A DNA stretch of 64,000 nucleotides from an uncultured Desulfosarcina sp. (lineage in GTDB: Bacteria > Desulfobacterota > Desulfobacteria > Desulfobacterales > Desulfosarcinaceae), in the NCBI GenBank assembly GCA_963674945.2, contig CAXXWQ010000004.1, positions 1,216,001-1,280,000 on the forward strand, given 5' to 3'. The first letter of the stretch is position 1, and every line of letters starts with the position of its first letter. Positions 1 through 9,501 of the stretch are shown piece by piece. The notes below the pieces were generated by a model. It was given only the letters and a program-made list of their open reading frames with translations. It was not told where the DNA came from and did no database searches. Position numbers and translations under genes: made by a program.

Positions 1-96
1 TTTGGCTTCGGTCGTCTGGGCAAATCCCATGGCCAGCCCCAGCAAAAGCGTGGCCAGAAAGAATAATATTGTCAGATTAGTTCGTGGCGTGTTCAT
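1..96 (-). CDS. Exported protein, N-terminal part only (runs off the window); last visible gene of the ECF operon, possibly DUF3106-like
   Basis: ATG at 96 gives MNTPRTNLTILFFLATLLLGLAMGFAQTTEAK, a signal peptide; overlaps the end of the upstream small gene. Confidence 0.6.
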   Translation of the reverse strand, partial: MNTPRTNLTILFFLATLLLGLAMGFAQTTEAK

Positions 97-310
97 CGCG
101 ATCGTCCTCGGTTAAATACTCCAGGTCTTTGATCATGTCCATTGTCTCGACCAAATCCCAATTCTCTAAGATTTCCATCACCTCGATGACTTTCATATCA
201 GCCGGACTGGGAGGTGCCGCCTCTTTTTCCATTTCACTCCCTTCCCCCCATGCCGCGGCAGCGCTCAATGCAAACAAAAAGAGTAAAACCCATACGACGC
301 GCCTTTCCAT
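77..310 (-). CDS. Small secreted acidic protein with hexad repeats similar to the anti-sigma C-terminal tail
   Basis: MERRVVWVLLFLFALSAAAAWG signal peptide; ATG overlaps the anti-sigma stop (TGATG coupling). Confidence 0.7.
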   Translation of the reverse strand: MERRVVWVLLFLFALSAAAAWGEGSEMEKEAAPPSPADMKVIEVMEILENWDLVETMDMIKDLEYLTEDDRDEHATN

Positions 311-789
311 CAGGACCGCTCTTCCATGGCTTCCAGAATTTCCCATGATTCCAGAATATCCAGGTTGTGGATCACTTCAAAATCATCCAGAAGCTCGATA
401 TTTTCGGCGATGAAAGCCTCTTCGGGTGTCGGGGATGACTGGTGTCCAACGGCAAAGATCGCAAAAACGGCCAGCCCTGCCATACCGCCTACCAGTATGG
501 GCCGCCAACCGGAAAGCAGACAACGCCACCCCCCTCGGCGTCGTTTCCGGTCCTCCAGCAATTCCACCTTTTGCCAGAAGGTACGGTCGAAGCTTTCCGA
601 CGGGTCCGCTTTCGGCAGCCGTCGCATGAAATCATCGGCCTGTTCGAGCCGCCGCAACCTTCGACGACACGCCGGGCAGTGTCGAAGATGACCGGTAACA
701 TACGCGGCGTCTTCTGGTGAAAGCTCGCCGTCTATCATAAGGTCGAGCCAATACGGCTCCTTACAAGGATCGATTTCTTTCTTTTTCAA
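310..789 (-). CDS. Zinc-binding anti-sigma factor (zf-HC2/ZAS) with one TM helix
   Basis: HLRHCPAC = HxxxCxxC motif; TM segment ILVGGMAGLAVFAIFAVG; directly downstream of the ECF sigma gene. Confidence 0.85.
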   Translation of the reverse strand: MKKKEIDPCKEPYWLDLMIDGELSPEDAAYVTGHLRHCPACRRRLRRLEQADDFMRRLPKADPSESFDRTFWQKVELLEDRKRRRGGWRCLLSGWRPILVGGMAGLAVFAIFAVGHQSSPTPEEAFIAENIELLDDFEVIHNLDILESWEILEAMEERS

Positions 790-1366
790 AGTAGTCTCCC
801 AGTATCTCTTTCAAACGTTTGCGGCCCCTGTGAATCAATGTTTTGACGTGGTTTTCCGACCGCTTGATCTGCACCGAGATCTCCCGATAGGAGAACTCCT
901 CGTTGACACGAAGCAGAAGCGCCAACCGCTGTTGATCCGGCAACTGGCGGATGGCCCGTTGAACCAGTTGATGCCGCTCCAAAGACTCGTATAATCCGTC
1001 TGGTGCAGTACTTTCCGGCCTGGCGGCAATTTCCGGAACGGCCGTTTTTTTCTCCATATCCGGCAGAGGATCCATGGATTCGATCTTTTCCCGATAGACC
1101 GGTCTCCGAATCTCGTTTCGGCACACGTTGGCGGCAATGGTAAAGAGCCAAGTGGAAAAACGGGCATTGGGTCGATATCGGGGTGCCGCCGTGTAAACCC
1201 GCAAAAATGTTTCTTGTGCCAGCTCTTCTGCAACGGATCGGTCACCACAGAATCGAAGGCAAAAATTGATCACCCGATTTTTGTATTTGTCAAACAAATG
1301 CTGGAATGCCCGTTGGTCCCCCTTTTTGAAATCCAGCATCAATTGAATGTCAGGATCGTTTCGCAT
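761..1366 (-). CDS. ECF-family RNA polymerase sigma factor
   Basis: Region 2 AEELAQETFLRVY..FSTWLFTIAANVCRN; region 4 LPDQQRLALLLR..FSYREIS..VKTLIHRGRKRL. Confidence 0.93.
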   Translation of the reverse strand: MRNDPDIQLMLDFKKGDQRAFQHLFDKYKNRVINFCLRFCGDRSVAEELAQETFLRVYTAAPRYRPNARFSTWLFTIAANVCRNEIRRPVYREKIESMDPLPDMEKKTAVPEIAARPESTAPDGLYESLERHQLVQRAIRQLPDQQRLALLLRVNEEFSYREISVQIKRSENHVKTLIHRGRKRLKEILGDYFEKERNRSL

Positions 1367-1374
1367 CAATAAGG

Positions 1375-1402
1375 TAAACCCTGAATCCGTAAAAAAGTTT
1401 CA
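1375..1402 (-). promoter_or_regulatory. Putative ECF autoregulatory promoter TGAAAC-N16-GGTTTA
   Basis: Ends 8 nt before the sigma ATG; the same motif recurs at 2826-2853. Confidence 0.6.
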
Positions 1403-1429
1403 CGACCTGCAATTTGGGCATTCATGGTG

Positions 1430-2698
1430 TTAAAAAGCCGCACTGATCCCGACGACCAATTGCGTCGCCGGGTCAATGGACTCATCGAGCAGCGACGCGA
1501 AGTAATCTCCATGCCAGAACCGGGCGAGTCGCGCATATAGGGTATAGGCTGAAAAAAGGGAATAGGAGACATCCAGATCCGCTTCCCAGCCATACCAGTT
1601 GCTATCGCCCGCCAGCCCTTTGTGGGCATAGAAGTTGGCGGCCGCTGCCTCGATGGTCAAATTTTTGGATATCACCCTGGTCATGGAAAGGCCGGGTGCA
1701 ATCACGCCCCCAAAGGTTCCGGCGCCGATGGTCAATTGGTATTCGCTGTCGTAATCGAAGAACTCGGGGTCGAAAAAGATGGCGGCTCTGGGATTGAAGG
1801 ATTGAACGGAAGTAAAAACCGTCAGGTCGCCGGAAACGGGTGTATCGTCTCCACTTGCGACCACGCAAAAGGCTTCCATCGACCATGTGCTCGACCAATT
1901 GATGCCGATGCCAAGATCTAAAAAATAGGCTGAAATATCGAACTCATTTGTACGAAATCGGTTTGCGGTGCGAACCTGCCCGAACTGGTAGGCACCGATC
2001 ATGGATAGAAAGGCCGGACCGATGAACAGGTTTGCGGTGGTCCCTACCCAGAAAAGATCACTCTCACTCTCTGCATCGAGCAGAATCTGCTGGATCAGGG
2101 GAAGGGATTGAATAAAATGGTCATCTTCTTCATGAAACCAGAGGCCGAAAAGGGATATGTGCTCAAAGAAACCGGGTTCGTATCCCAAGGTGACACCAAC
2201 CGTCGGCCATTGGTCCCATACCCGGGCCATGGTGAAATCCAGATAACCGTGGGCGCTGTCTGCGCGGATCTCTACTGCAGGGGCTTCATCGGTCAAAATC
2301 CGTCCATCTCCGAAATTCACCGGCAGAATGCCTGCAACCAACCGAAACCAGTTATTGGAGAAACTTGCATAGGCGGCGGCAAAGTCGAGATCGATACAAT
2401 CGTCAAAGACGTCATCGAAGTGATGCTCTACTGTGAAGTCCCCCAGTACAACGACATCCACATTGTCTGCAAGGGAAATGGAAAGCGAAGGGTAGATGCC
2501 GATCCAGTTAAAGGCGAGGTCTTTGGAAAAATACATCTCATCACCACTCTCCAGGACTCCCCGGTCCAGGTAACCGTTCTGTAAATAAAACGATTCGATA
2601 ATGTCGGCCCCCAGATGAATTTTCGGCGGATCGGCCGAAACGGGAAGGGCCAGGTGAATCGTACAATAGACGATCGTTAGGAGAAATAATCGACGCAT
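1430..2698 (-). CDS. Outer-membrane beta-barrel protein (alginate-export/porin-like)
   Basis: Signal peptide MRRLFLLTIVYCTIHLALPVSA; aromatic-rich alternating strands; C-terminal beta-signal QLVVGISAAF. Confidence 0.7.
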   Translation of the reverse strand: MRRLFLLTIVYCTIHLALPVSADPPKIHLGADIIESFYLQNGYLDRGVLESGDEMYFSKDLAFNWIGIYPSLSISLADNVDVVVLGDFTVEHHFDDVFDDCIDLDFAAAYASFSNNWFRLVAGILPVNFGDGRILTDEAPAVEIRADSAHGYLDFTMARVWDQWPTVGVTLGYEPGFFEHISLFGLWFHEEDDHFIQSLPLIQQILLDAESESDLFWVGTTANLFIGPAFLSMIGAYQFGQVRTANRFRTNEFDISAYFLDLGIGINWSSTWSMEAFCVVASGDDTPVSGDLTVFTSVQSFNPRAAIFFDPEFFDYDSEYQLTIGAGTFGGVIAPGLSMTRVISKNLTIEAAAANFYAHKGLAGDSNWYGWEADLDVSYSLFSAYTLYARLARFWHGDYFASLLDESIDPATQLVVGISAAF

Positions 2699-2825
2699 GC
2701 AATGAGAATCGCTGTGGGAAGGTTTCTTTTCCCGGGTATGGGCACAGGTAAAAAAGACGTCCAACATCCTTTGTGGAAAAATCGCCTTTTACTTCAATGA
2801 TTTCTTATCTTTTTTCCCATTCGTT

Positions 2826-2853
2826 TGCAACCTTTTCGACGACAAAGGGTTTA
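2826..2853 (+). promoter_or_regulatory. Putative ECF-dependent promoter TGCAAC-N16-GGTTTA
   Basis: Same spacing and -10 element as the motif upstream of the ECF sigma; about 80 nt upstream of the lipoprotein start. Confidence 0.6.
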
Positions 2854-2931
2854 AGCCGGTAATCGCGATGAAATTTGTTCGAAACAAAAAGAAAAAACAC
2901 GCAGTCAAAACTTAGGAAAACAGGGGGTATC

Positions 2932-4785
2932 ATGAAAACCATTCGGCAACGGTTTGAATTCTTTTCAATCATTTTGTTCTCACTTTTTTTGCTCTTCGGT
3001 TGCGGAGGAGGAAGCGACGCCACGGTCGGTGATGCCGATACCCAGACGGGAGAGGTGGCCATCAGTCTCACGGATGCGCCTGGAGATTTCTATTGCTATG
3101 CCGTGGACGTGACATCTGTGACCCTGACGAAAGCCGACGGCACGGAAATCTCCGTCCTTCCCCTTGCCACTCGCATCGATTTCTCACAATACACCGATAT
3201 GACAGAGTTTCTGACCATCGGAACGGTTCCGTCGGGCGTGTACGTGGCGGCTGCTCTCACCCTTGACTACGGCAATGCGGGCATCCAGGTGGAAGATGAT
3301 AATGGTGACACGGTTCCGGTAGATCAAATCGTCGACGGTGATGGCAACCCGGTTGGAGAGTTGACGATGACGGTGCAGTTGGAAAACCGGAGCCATTTGG
3401 CCGTTGTCGCCGGTGTTCCCGTTCACCTTCTGCTCGACTTCAATCTGGAAGTCACCAATCAGGTCAGCTTCGACGAGGGGATCCCGACCCTGACCGTAGA
3501 GCCGTTCCTCGTGGCCGATATCAATCGAACCGGAAACAAATTCCACCGCGTTCGGGGCCTTCTTGACGATGTTTCCATTGATGATGGTTCCTTCTCGGTT
3601 CTGCTCCGCCCTTTTTACGGGTCACTTTCAGGAAATCATCACCATTTCGGCATCCGATCGGTGGATACCGGTGCGGACACCCAATTCGAGGTTGACGGAA
3701 TCCAGTATACGGGTGAGGAAGGCCTCGCCGCCATGGCACAATTGAACTCCCTTTCTCCCGTGGTGGCATTGGGAGACCTTCGCTTCGATCCGTTGCGGTT
3801 CGAGGCGACCCAGGTCTATGCAGGGACGAGCGTCCCTGGCGGCGATATGGATGTGGTAGAGGGAAATGTCATCAGCCGGGAGGACGATCTTGTAACCATT
3901 AAAGGTGCCACCTTGTATCGTGCCGGCAGCAGCGTAATCTTCAGCGATCGGCTGACCGTTCAATTGGGCGACGAAACAATCGTCACGCACCAATTTTCCG
4001 CCGATACATTCGACATCGACGACATCTCCGTTGGCCAGCGGGTGGTCGTTTTCGGCCAATTGACCGAGACGGATCCCGAGGTGCTCTCTCTCGATGCCGA
4101 TCCGGGTTTCGTACGGATGCAGATCACCACGGTCTGTGGCCGTTTGAACGCGGTAAATCCATCGGATCCCATCGCCCAATTGTCCGTGGACTTACACGCG
4201 ATCAGTCATCTTCCGGCGACCACCTTCGATTTTACCGGTACCGGCAGTGATCCGGCAGACGATGCCGATCCATCCGATTATCAAATCGATACATCCGGTA
4301 TGGACTTGACTTCGTTTAATGTGGACGCCCCGGTCAAGGTGCGGGGATTTGTCCAACCTTTCGGTCAGGCACCGGCCGACTTTGCCGCACAGACCATCAT
4401 CGGCATTGCGGATGTTCGCGCCTTGATGCGCATCAACTGGCGGCTGCCCGCACAAACCCAATTCAGGGCCATCACGGCTGCAGGTCTCGTGCTCGATCTT
4501 TCGGAGACGGGCAGGTTTCATCACCTGGTTCGCAACCGGTTCGTCGCTGATTTGACCACATATGGCCAACCGATCAACATTTTCCCCCAGGACAATAATA
4601 CCGGGACGTTCGTCATCCGTCTCAAAGGCGCCGTTCAGGTTTATATCTCCTTCGACGAATTTCGGCATGCCCTGGAAGGTTACGTGGAAGATGGTGCAAT
4701 TGCCGCTAAAATGGGGGCGGTGGGCACTTTCGATGACGCGACGGCGACACTGACCGCCGATCGGATCGAAATCTGCCTGAAATAG
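2932..4785 (+). CDS. Large acidic beta-rich lipoprotein (DUF4382/DUF5666-like)
   Basis: Lipobox LFGC followed by GGGS linker; ISLTDAP motif typical of DUF4382; repeated OB-like segments (ISVGQRVVVFG, VKVRG). Confidence 0.7.
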   Translation: MKTIRQRFEFFSIILFSLFLLFGCGGGSDATVGDADTQTGEVAISLTDAPGDFYCYAVDVTSVTLTKADGTEISVLPLATRIDFSQYTDMTEFLTIGTVPSGVYVAAALTLDYGNAGIQVEDDNGDTVPVDQIVDGDGNPVGELTMTVQLENRSHLAVVAGVPVHLLLDFNLEVTNQVSFDEGIPTLTVEPFLVADINRTGNKFHRVRGLLDDVSIDDGSFSVLLRPFYGSLSGNHHHFGIRSVDTGADTQFEVDGIQYTGEEGLAAMAQLNSLSPVVALGDLRFDPLRFEATQVYAGTSVPGGDMDVVEGNVISREDDLVTIKGATLYRAGSSVIFSDRLTVQLGDETIVTHQFSADTFDIDDISVGQRVVVFGQLTETDPEVLSLDADPGFVRMQITTVCGRLNAVNPSDPIAQLSVDLHAISHLPATTFDFTGTGSDPADDADPSDYQIDTSGMDLTSFNVDAPVKVRGFVQPFGQAPADFAAQTIIGIADVRALMRINWRLPAQTQFRAITAAGLVLDLSETGRFHHLVRNRFVADLTTYGQPINIFPQDNNTGTFVIRLKGAVQVYISFDEFRHALEGYVEDGAIAAKMGAVGTFDDATATLTADRIEICLK

Positions 4786-4835
4786 GGTAAATCCAACGTG
4801 CAGCCATTCGGCCCAAGACGGGCCGTGTGGCTGCA

Positions 4836-7343
4836 TCAATTGGGTGTTTCCATCAGCGCAATCTTCAGCGCATACCCCAAATCCCTGATGGCATACGGCT
4901 TTTTGACAAAATGCCCCACCCCCATGTCCAGGGCCATTCTCACCCGCTCGGTCTCGGCGAATCCACTGGCAATGATCGCTTTCTGGCCGAAACGGATTTT
5001 CAGGATCTCTTCGTACGTGGTGAGGCCGTCCATACCCGGCGGCATCAACATGTCCAGAATCACCAGATCCACAGCGGTTTCCCTTAAATAGGAAATCGCA
5101 TCCTCTCCACTGTCGGCGGTAACGACCGCGTAGCCCAGTTCGGTCAGGATGTTGGTGGCAATTTCCCTTTGTTCTTTGACATCATCCACGATCAGTATGG
5201 TTTCGCCGTTTCCCTTGTAGTGGAAGGGCTCCATGTCCCGTTCGGTCGATTGAACCGGTTCATCCGAAACCGGGAAGTACAATCGAAAGGTCGAACCCGT
5301 CTGGCCGTTGCTTTCCACTTCAATATGACCATGATGATCCATGACCGTTCCCCAAACCACGGCAAGTCCCAATCCCGTGCCGCTTCTTCCCATGGCTTTC
5401 TTGGTATAAAACGGATCGAAGATTTTCTTCAGGTCATCTTTCGAAATGCCCATTCCTTCGTCGGAGACTTTCAGTAATACATTTTTTCCTGGGATGATAT
5501 TGTCGCTTGCGATCATCGAAGGATCCAGGTCGAGAATTTTCGTCGATATGGAAATACCGCCACCGTCGGGCATGGCTTCTGCGGCATTGGAGACCAGATT
5601 CATAATGGTTTTCGACAAATGGACCGCCGAACCGTTTATGGGTATCGGCGCGTCGGCCAAATGGGTATGAATACGTACGTTTGGATGGAACGTCCGGATC
5701 TTCTCCCACTCCGGGCTCTTCACGAAAGAATCGATGATATCGTTGAGGTCGACGATTTGGATATTCGTTACGCCCCTGCGTGTCAGGGTCAACAGATCCT
5801 GAACGATGACGGCGGCCCTCTCCCCTGACTTTTTGATTGTTTCCAAGGGCTCTCGGATGAGGCTATCCTGGGGAAGCTGCAACAGCAACAATTCCGGATA
5901 ACTGACGATGGCCGACAGGATATTGTTCAAATCATGGGCCACGCCACCTGCAATGGTGCCCATCAACTCCATCTTCTGGGCATTTTCCAACCGGTTTTCC
6001 AACTCGTGCCGCTCGGTGATGTCCCTCGAAATGACGACACAACCGGCGATATCTTTATTCGACTGCCTGTAGGGCGTAAAGACAATATCCACATATCGTT
6101 TTCCCAGTTCAGGAAAATCCAGCCACTCCCGGAGTTTTACCACCTGACCGGCAAAGGCGCGATCAAAATGATACAGCCGTATTTCTGCGGAGAGGGACTC
6201 GTCGATGACCTGCAGTATTGTTTTTCCGATAACCGACTCTCTGGATCTGCCAAACGCCAGTAAAGAGGCATCGTTAATCGCCTGAACCCGATAGGACAGA
6301 TCCACCAATGCCATGAAGTCGGTGGACGAAGAGACAATTGTTTCATACTTGCGCAGCCCCTCTTCTGCCTTCTCCCGAATGCGCATCTCCTCTTTCAGTT
6401 TCTCGTTGGTACAAGACAGCTCATTGGTGCGTTTTTTTACCTTGATTCGAAGCGTAGCCGTCATGGCGCTAAAAAAGAGGGCCAACAGTCCGGCACCGAT
6501 AATTAAATATCGTATGGCATCCGGCAGAATCCATTCGGTTGGAGCGACCAGCCAATTGTTGATGGTTTGATGCAAGAACGAATCCTGGGCCGCATGCATG
6601 CGAGACAGGTGTTTGTCGATGGCCGCCAGCAGGTCCGTGTTTGTTTTTTTGGGCGTCGCGAAACGAACTTCGATGGGATTGAACATAACAGGCGTCTCGT
6701 GAGCCCGAAAACTGCCTTTGTTCTGAATGCCATAGAGTCGATTCACCACCCCGGCCGCGACCCTTCCGGCCGCGACCATCTCAAAAACGGTATCGTAATC
6801 CTCCGCCTCGATGAACCGGCAGTTCATATTGAATTTTGTGATAAGTTCGCGAAACCGATGGAAATGGATATCCTCCATTTTGACGCCGATCTTTTTCCCG
6901 TCCAGATCCAGCACCGATACGATTTTCGAATCTTCCGTGTCGAAAACCTGGCCCCAATTGGTTAGCACCGTTTGATGGGTAAAATTGAATTTTTTCGCCC
7001 GGTCCTTGGAATAGGCGATGGCGGCGAGCAGGTCGATTTGCCCCGATTCCAGACGGTCCAGGCAGTCGACCCAGGTTCCATGAACGAAGGAGATGTCCCA
7101 TCTTTCCCGGCTTGCGATGTACCGCAAAAGATCGATAAAAATGCCATCGGGACGGCCGTCATCATCCAGGAAAACCAACGGCTTGTTGTCATAGATACCG
7201 ATTTTCACCGGGCGGTTCGCCCATGCCGACCGATTGAGCAGGAGACCAGATAACGCGAAGAAGAAGATCAGAAGGAATATACTACGACGTACAAGCAAGA
7301 TAAATGTTTGACCAAAAACCATGTACCGTTCCAGAATGTTCAT
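4836..7343 (-). CDS. Hybrid sensor histidine kinase/receiver with periplasmic SBP_bac_3-like and PAS domains
   Basis: H-box GGVAHDLNNIL, N-box NLVSNAAEAM, G2 GTGLGL, receiver ILIVDD..LDMLMP..KP. Confidence 0.92.
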   Translation of the reverse strand: MNILERYMVFGQTFILLVRRSIFLLIFFFALSGLLLNRSAWANRPVKIGIYDNKPLVFLDDDGRPDGIFIDLLRYIASRERWDISFVHGTWVDCLDRLESGQIDLLAAIAYSKDRAKKFNFTHQTVLTNWGQVFDTEDSKIVSVLDLDGKKIGVKMEDIHFHRFRELITKFNMNCRFIEAEDYDTVFEMVAAGRVAAGVVNRLYGIQNKGSFRAHETPVMFNPIEVRFATPKKTNTDLLAAIDKHLSRMHAAQDSFLHQTINNWLVAPTEWILPDAIRYLIIGAGLLALFFSAMTATLRIKVKKRTNELSCTNEKLKEEMRIREKAEEGLRKYETIVSSSTDFMALVDLSYRVQAINDASLLAFGRSRESVIGKTILQVIDESLSAEIRLYHFDRAFAGQVVKLREWLDFPELGKRYVDIVFTPYRQSNKDIAGCVVISRDITERHELENRLENAQKMELMGTIAGGVAHDLNNILSAIVSYPELLLLQLPQDSLIREPLETIKKSGERAAVIVQDLLTLTRRGVTNIQIVDLNDIIDSFVKSPEWEKIRTFHPNVRIHTHLADAPIPINGSAVHLSKTIMNLVSNAAEAMPDGGGISISTKILDLDPSMIASDNIIPGKNVLLKVSDEGMGISKDDLKKIFDPFYTKKAMGRSGTGLGLAVVWGTVMDHHGHIEVESNGQTGSTFRLYFPVSDEPVQSTERDMEPFHYKGNGETILIVDDVKEQREIATNILTELGYAVVTADSGEDAISYLRETAVDLVILDMLMPPGMDGLTTYEEILKIRFGQKAIIASGFAETERVRMALDMGVGHFVKKPYAIRDLGYALKIALMETPN

Positions 7344-7450
7344 TCGAACCCTGTTTGGGTCCGATGGTCATATCGGCATTTCTTCCTGGATTCTTGAGTC
7401 GGCGGCAACGGATATGGAAGATCGTTTCTGAAATTGACGGCGCTTTCCGA

Positions 7451-8011
7451 TCATTCTTCATCGAACAGCGTTACCTCACCCGGTTTGCCGGCCGCTTTTT
7501 GTGTTTGTTTCAATTTGAACGCCTCCTCCTGGGCCAGGCGCTTTTGATACGTGGCCGAGATCCGTTTCAGGTATACGTTCCCCGTGTCCGTATGAAAGTA
7601 GATCTTGCGGGTATCGGTCCCGCCGACATCCTTTTTCAGGACCCGGATCCCTTCGAGGCGCAGAAATTCGAGGACGAAATCGACATTCTTTTTTCCGATT
7701 GCGTTGTAACCGGAGATGGAAGCGATCACATTGCCCCCGCCAAAAACCTTGGCCGCCAATTGTCTGCGGTCGCCGCCCAGGGCCAGGATGCGGTTGATCA
7801 GCAGTTCCATTGCATTAATCCCGTAGCGGGCCGAATCGTCGAAATGGCGTAAGTCCGCCTTTCCGGGCAAAAGGATGTGATTCATCCCTCCGATGCACCG
7901 TTCCCGGTCTATGAGGCAGACCGACACACAGGAACCCAGAAGCGTATAGATCACGGCAGGCTCTTTGCTGGCATAGCACTCGCCAATGTGGATACTGATC
8001 TGTTTTTTCAT
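7451..8011 (-). CDS. cheD: Chemoreceptor glutamine deamidase CheD
   Basis: TLLGSCVSVCL, GGMNHILLP, RYG..AMELLIN, KVFGGG, DVGG motifs. Confidence 0.9.
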   Translation of the reverse strand: MKKQISIHIGECYASKEPAVIYTLLGSCVSVCLIDRERCIGGMNHILLPGKADLRHFDDSARYGINAMELLINRILALGGDRRQLAAKVFGGGNVIASISGYNAIGKKNVDFVLEFLRLEGIRVLKKDVGGTDTRKIYFHTDTGNVYLKRISATYQKRLAQEEAFKLKQTQKAAGKPGEVTLFDEE

Positions 8012-8037
8012 CTTTCCGGCCTCATAGCTAACCAGAT

Positions 8038-8053
8038 AGCAAACCGCGTGCCA
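8038..8053 (-). promoter_or_regulatory. Sigma-54 (-24/-12) promoter of cheD
   Basis: TGGCAC-GCGGT-TTGCT, an exact match to TGGCAC-N5-TTGCW. Confidence 0.8.
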
Positions 8054-8089
8054 GACGCATGGAGCAGGCAAAACATGATAATATTTCAA

Positions 8090-8102
8090 TATCAAATAGT
8101 TA
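8090..8102 (+). promoter_or_regulatory. IHF binding site upstream of the cheD sigma-54 promoter
   Basis: TATCAAATAGTTA matches WATCAANNNNTTR; AT-rich context. Confidence 0.6.
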
Positions 8103-8382
8103 TAAACAATATGGGACTGTGTTGCCCAAGGCGGAAAAAGCCTGCCCGCCAAAAAAAAATAGACATCCGGGCCCGCCAGGAAAGAATTGTTCCATGGATT
8201 CGAGCCCGAATCCACTGTCGGAATAACAGGGATCACCGGACAATTCGTAATAATCTTTACACGAATATTGAAATACGTTATAAAATCGAACATCTACAGA
8301 CAATGTGGTTGATGACGCAACGGGGTGTGGTCGGTCGCGCCGCCTGCGCGTCGTCAAAAGAATGACGTAAAGGGAATTTTCC

Positions 8383-9423
8383 ATGACTGGCGCATCCACA
8401 GATTTGCTCGCCGGCCAGCGACTGATGGTGGGCTTTGACGGCATCGATCTCAACGAAGACCTGAGATTTTTGATTGAAAAACGAAAGATCGGGGGGATTA
8501 TCCTCTTTGCCCGGAACCTGGCGGCACCGGATCAGATCACCGCCTTGTGCCGGGATTGCCAGTTGGCCGCCACCAAAGCAGGGCTGCCGCCCCTTTTCAT
8601 TGCCATCGACCAGGAGGGTGGGCCGGTGGCCCGACTCAAACCGCCCTTTACGCAGTTTCCTGGAAATCCGACCATGACCGGTCTTCAGGATGCCATCGAT
8701 TTCGCCCGGGTGACGGCCGCCGAACTCAAGCGGATCGGGGTGAACATGGACATGGCACCGGTTCTGGATGTCGCAACGGCCGACGGTCAGAGCATCATGG
8801 CGAGCCGAGCCTTCGGCAGTGATCCCGAGTGGGTCGCATCCATGGGAAACGCCGTCATCGAACACCTCCAACAAAACGGGATCATGGCCGTTGCCAAGCA
8901 CTTTCCCGGTATCGGGCGAACGGTGATCGACAGCCATCTGACCCTTCCGGATCTTGCAATTGACAGGAAGACCTTGACCGAAACCGATCTGATACCCTTT
9001 GCCGCCGCCATCGCCGGCAATGTCGCCGGTGTAATGCTCTCCCACATCCGGTATCCGAAAATCGACCCGGACTGGCCGGCAAGTCTGAGCCCGTCCATCA
9101 CGGCCGGACTGCTGCGCCAAGCCATGGGATACGACGGCGTGGTGATGACCGACGACCTGGATATGGGTGCCATCAAACCGGCCTTCGATATCACCACCGC
9201 CATGGACCAGATTCTTCTTTCCGATGTGGACATCGCTCTCATCTGCCATAAAGGACCGGATATCGAAACGGCCTGGGAACGAATCAGAAGGTCAATGACG
9301 GATGATTCCCGGCTTCTACAGATGGGTGATCGTTCCATTGAACGGATACTCAGATTGAAGCGAACCTATCTGAAAGGCGAGTGGGAATTCGATCATAACC
9401 CAAAGGAAGCGGTTGGCAATTAG
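8383..9423 (+). CDS. nagZ: Beta-N-acetylhexosaminidase (GH3)
   Basis: IAIDQEGGPVARL, KHFPGIG..DSH, MTDDLDMGA motifs. Confidence 0.92.
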   Translation: MTGASTDLLAGQRLMVGFDGIDLNEDLRFLIEKRKIGGIILFARNLAAPDQITALCRDCQLAATKAGLPPLFIAIDQEGGPVARLKPPFTQFPGNPTMTGLQDAIDFARVTAAELKRIGVNMDMAPVLDVATADGQSIMASRAFGSDPEWVASMGNAVIEHLQQNGIMAVAKHFPGIGRTVIDSHLTLPDLAIDRKTLTETDLIPFAAAIAGNVAGVMLSHIRYPKIDPDWPASLSPSITAGLLRQAMGYDGVVMTDDLDMGAIKPAFDITTAMDQILLSDVDIALICHKGPDIETAWERIRRSMTDDSRLLQMGDRSIERILRLKRTYLKGEWEFDHNPKEAVGN

Positions 9424-9501
9424 CTGTTGGCGCTTGTCCGTTGCGCTTTTTTCAGTAATTTGTCTTTCGTAAAATGACGTTACCCCCCAACCGGACGATC
9501 C

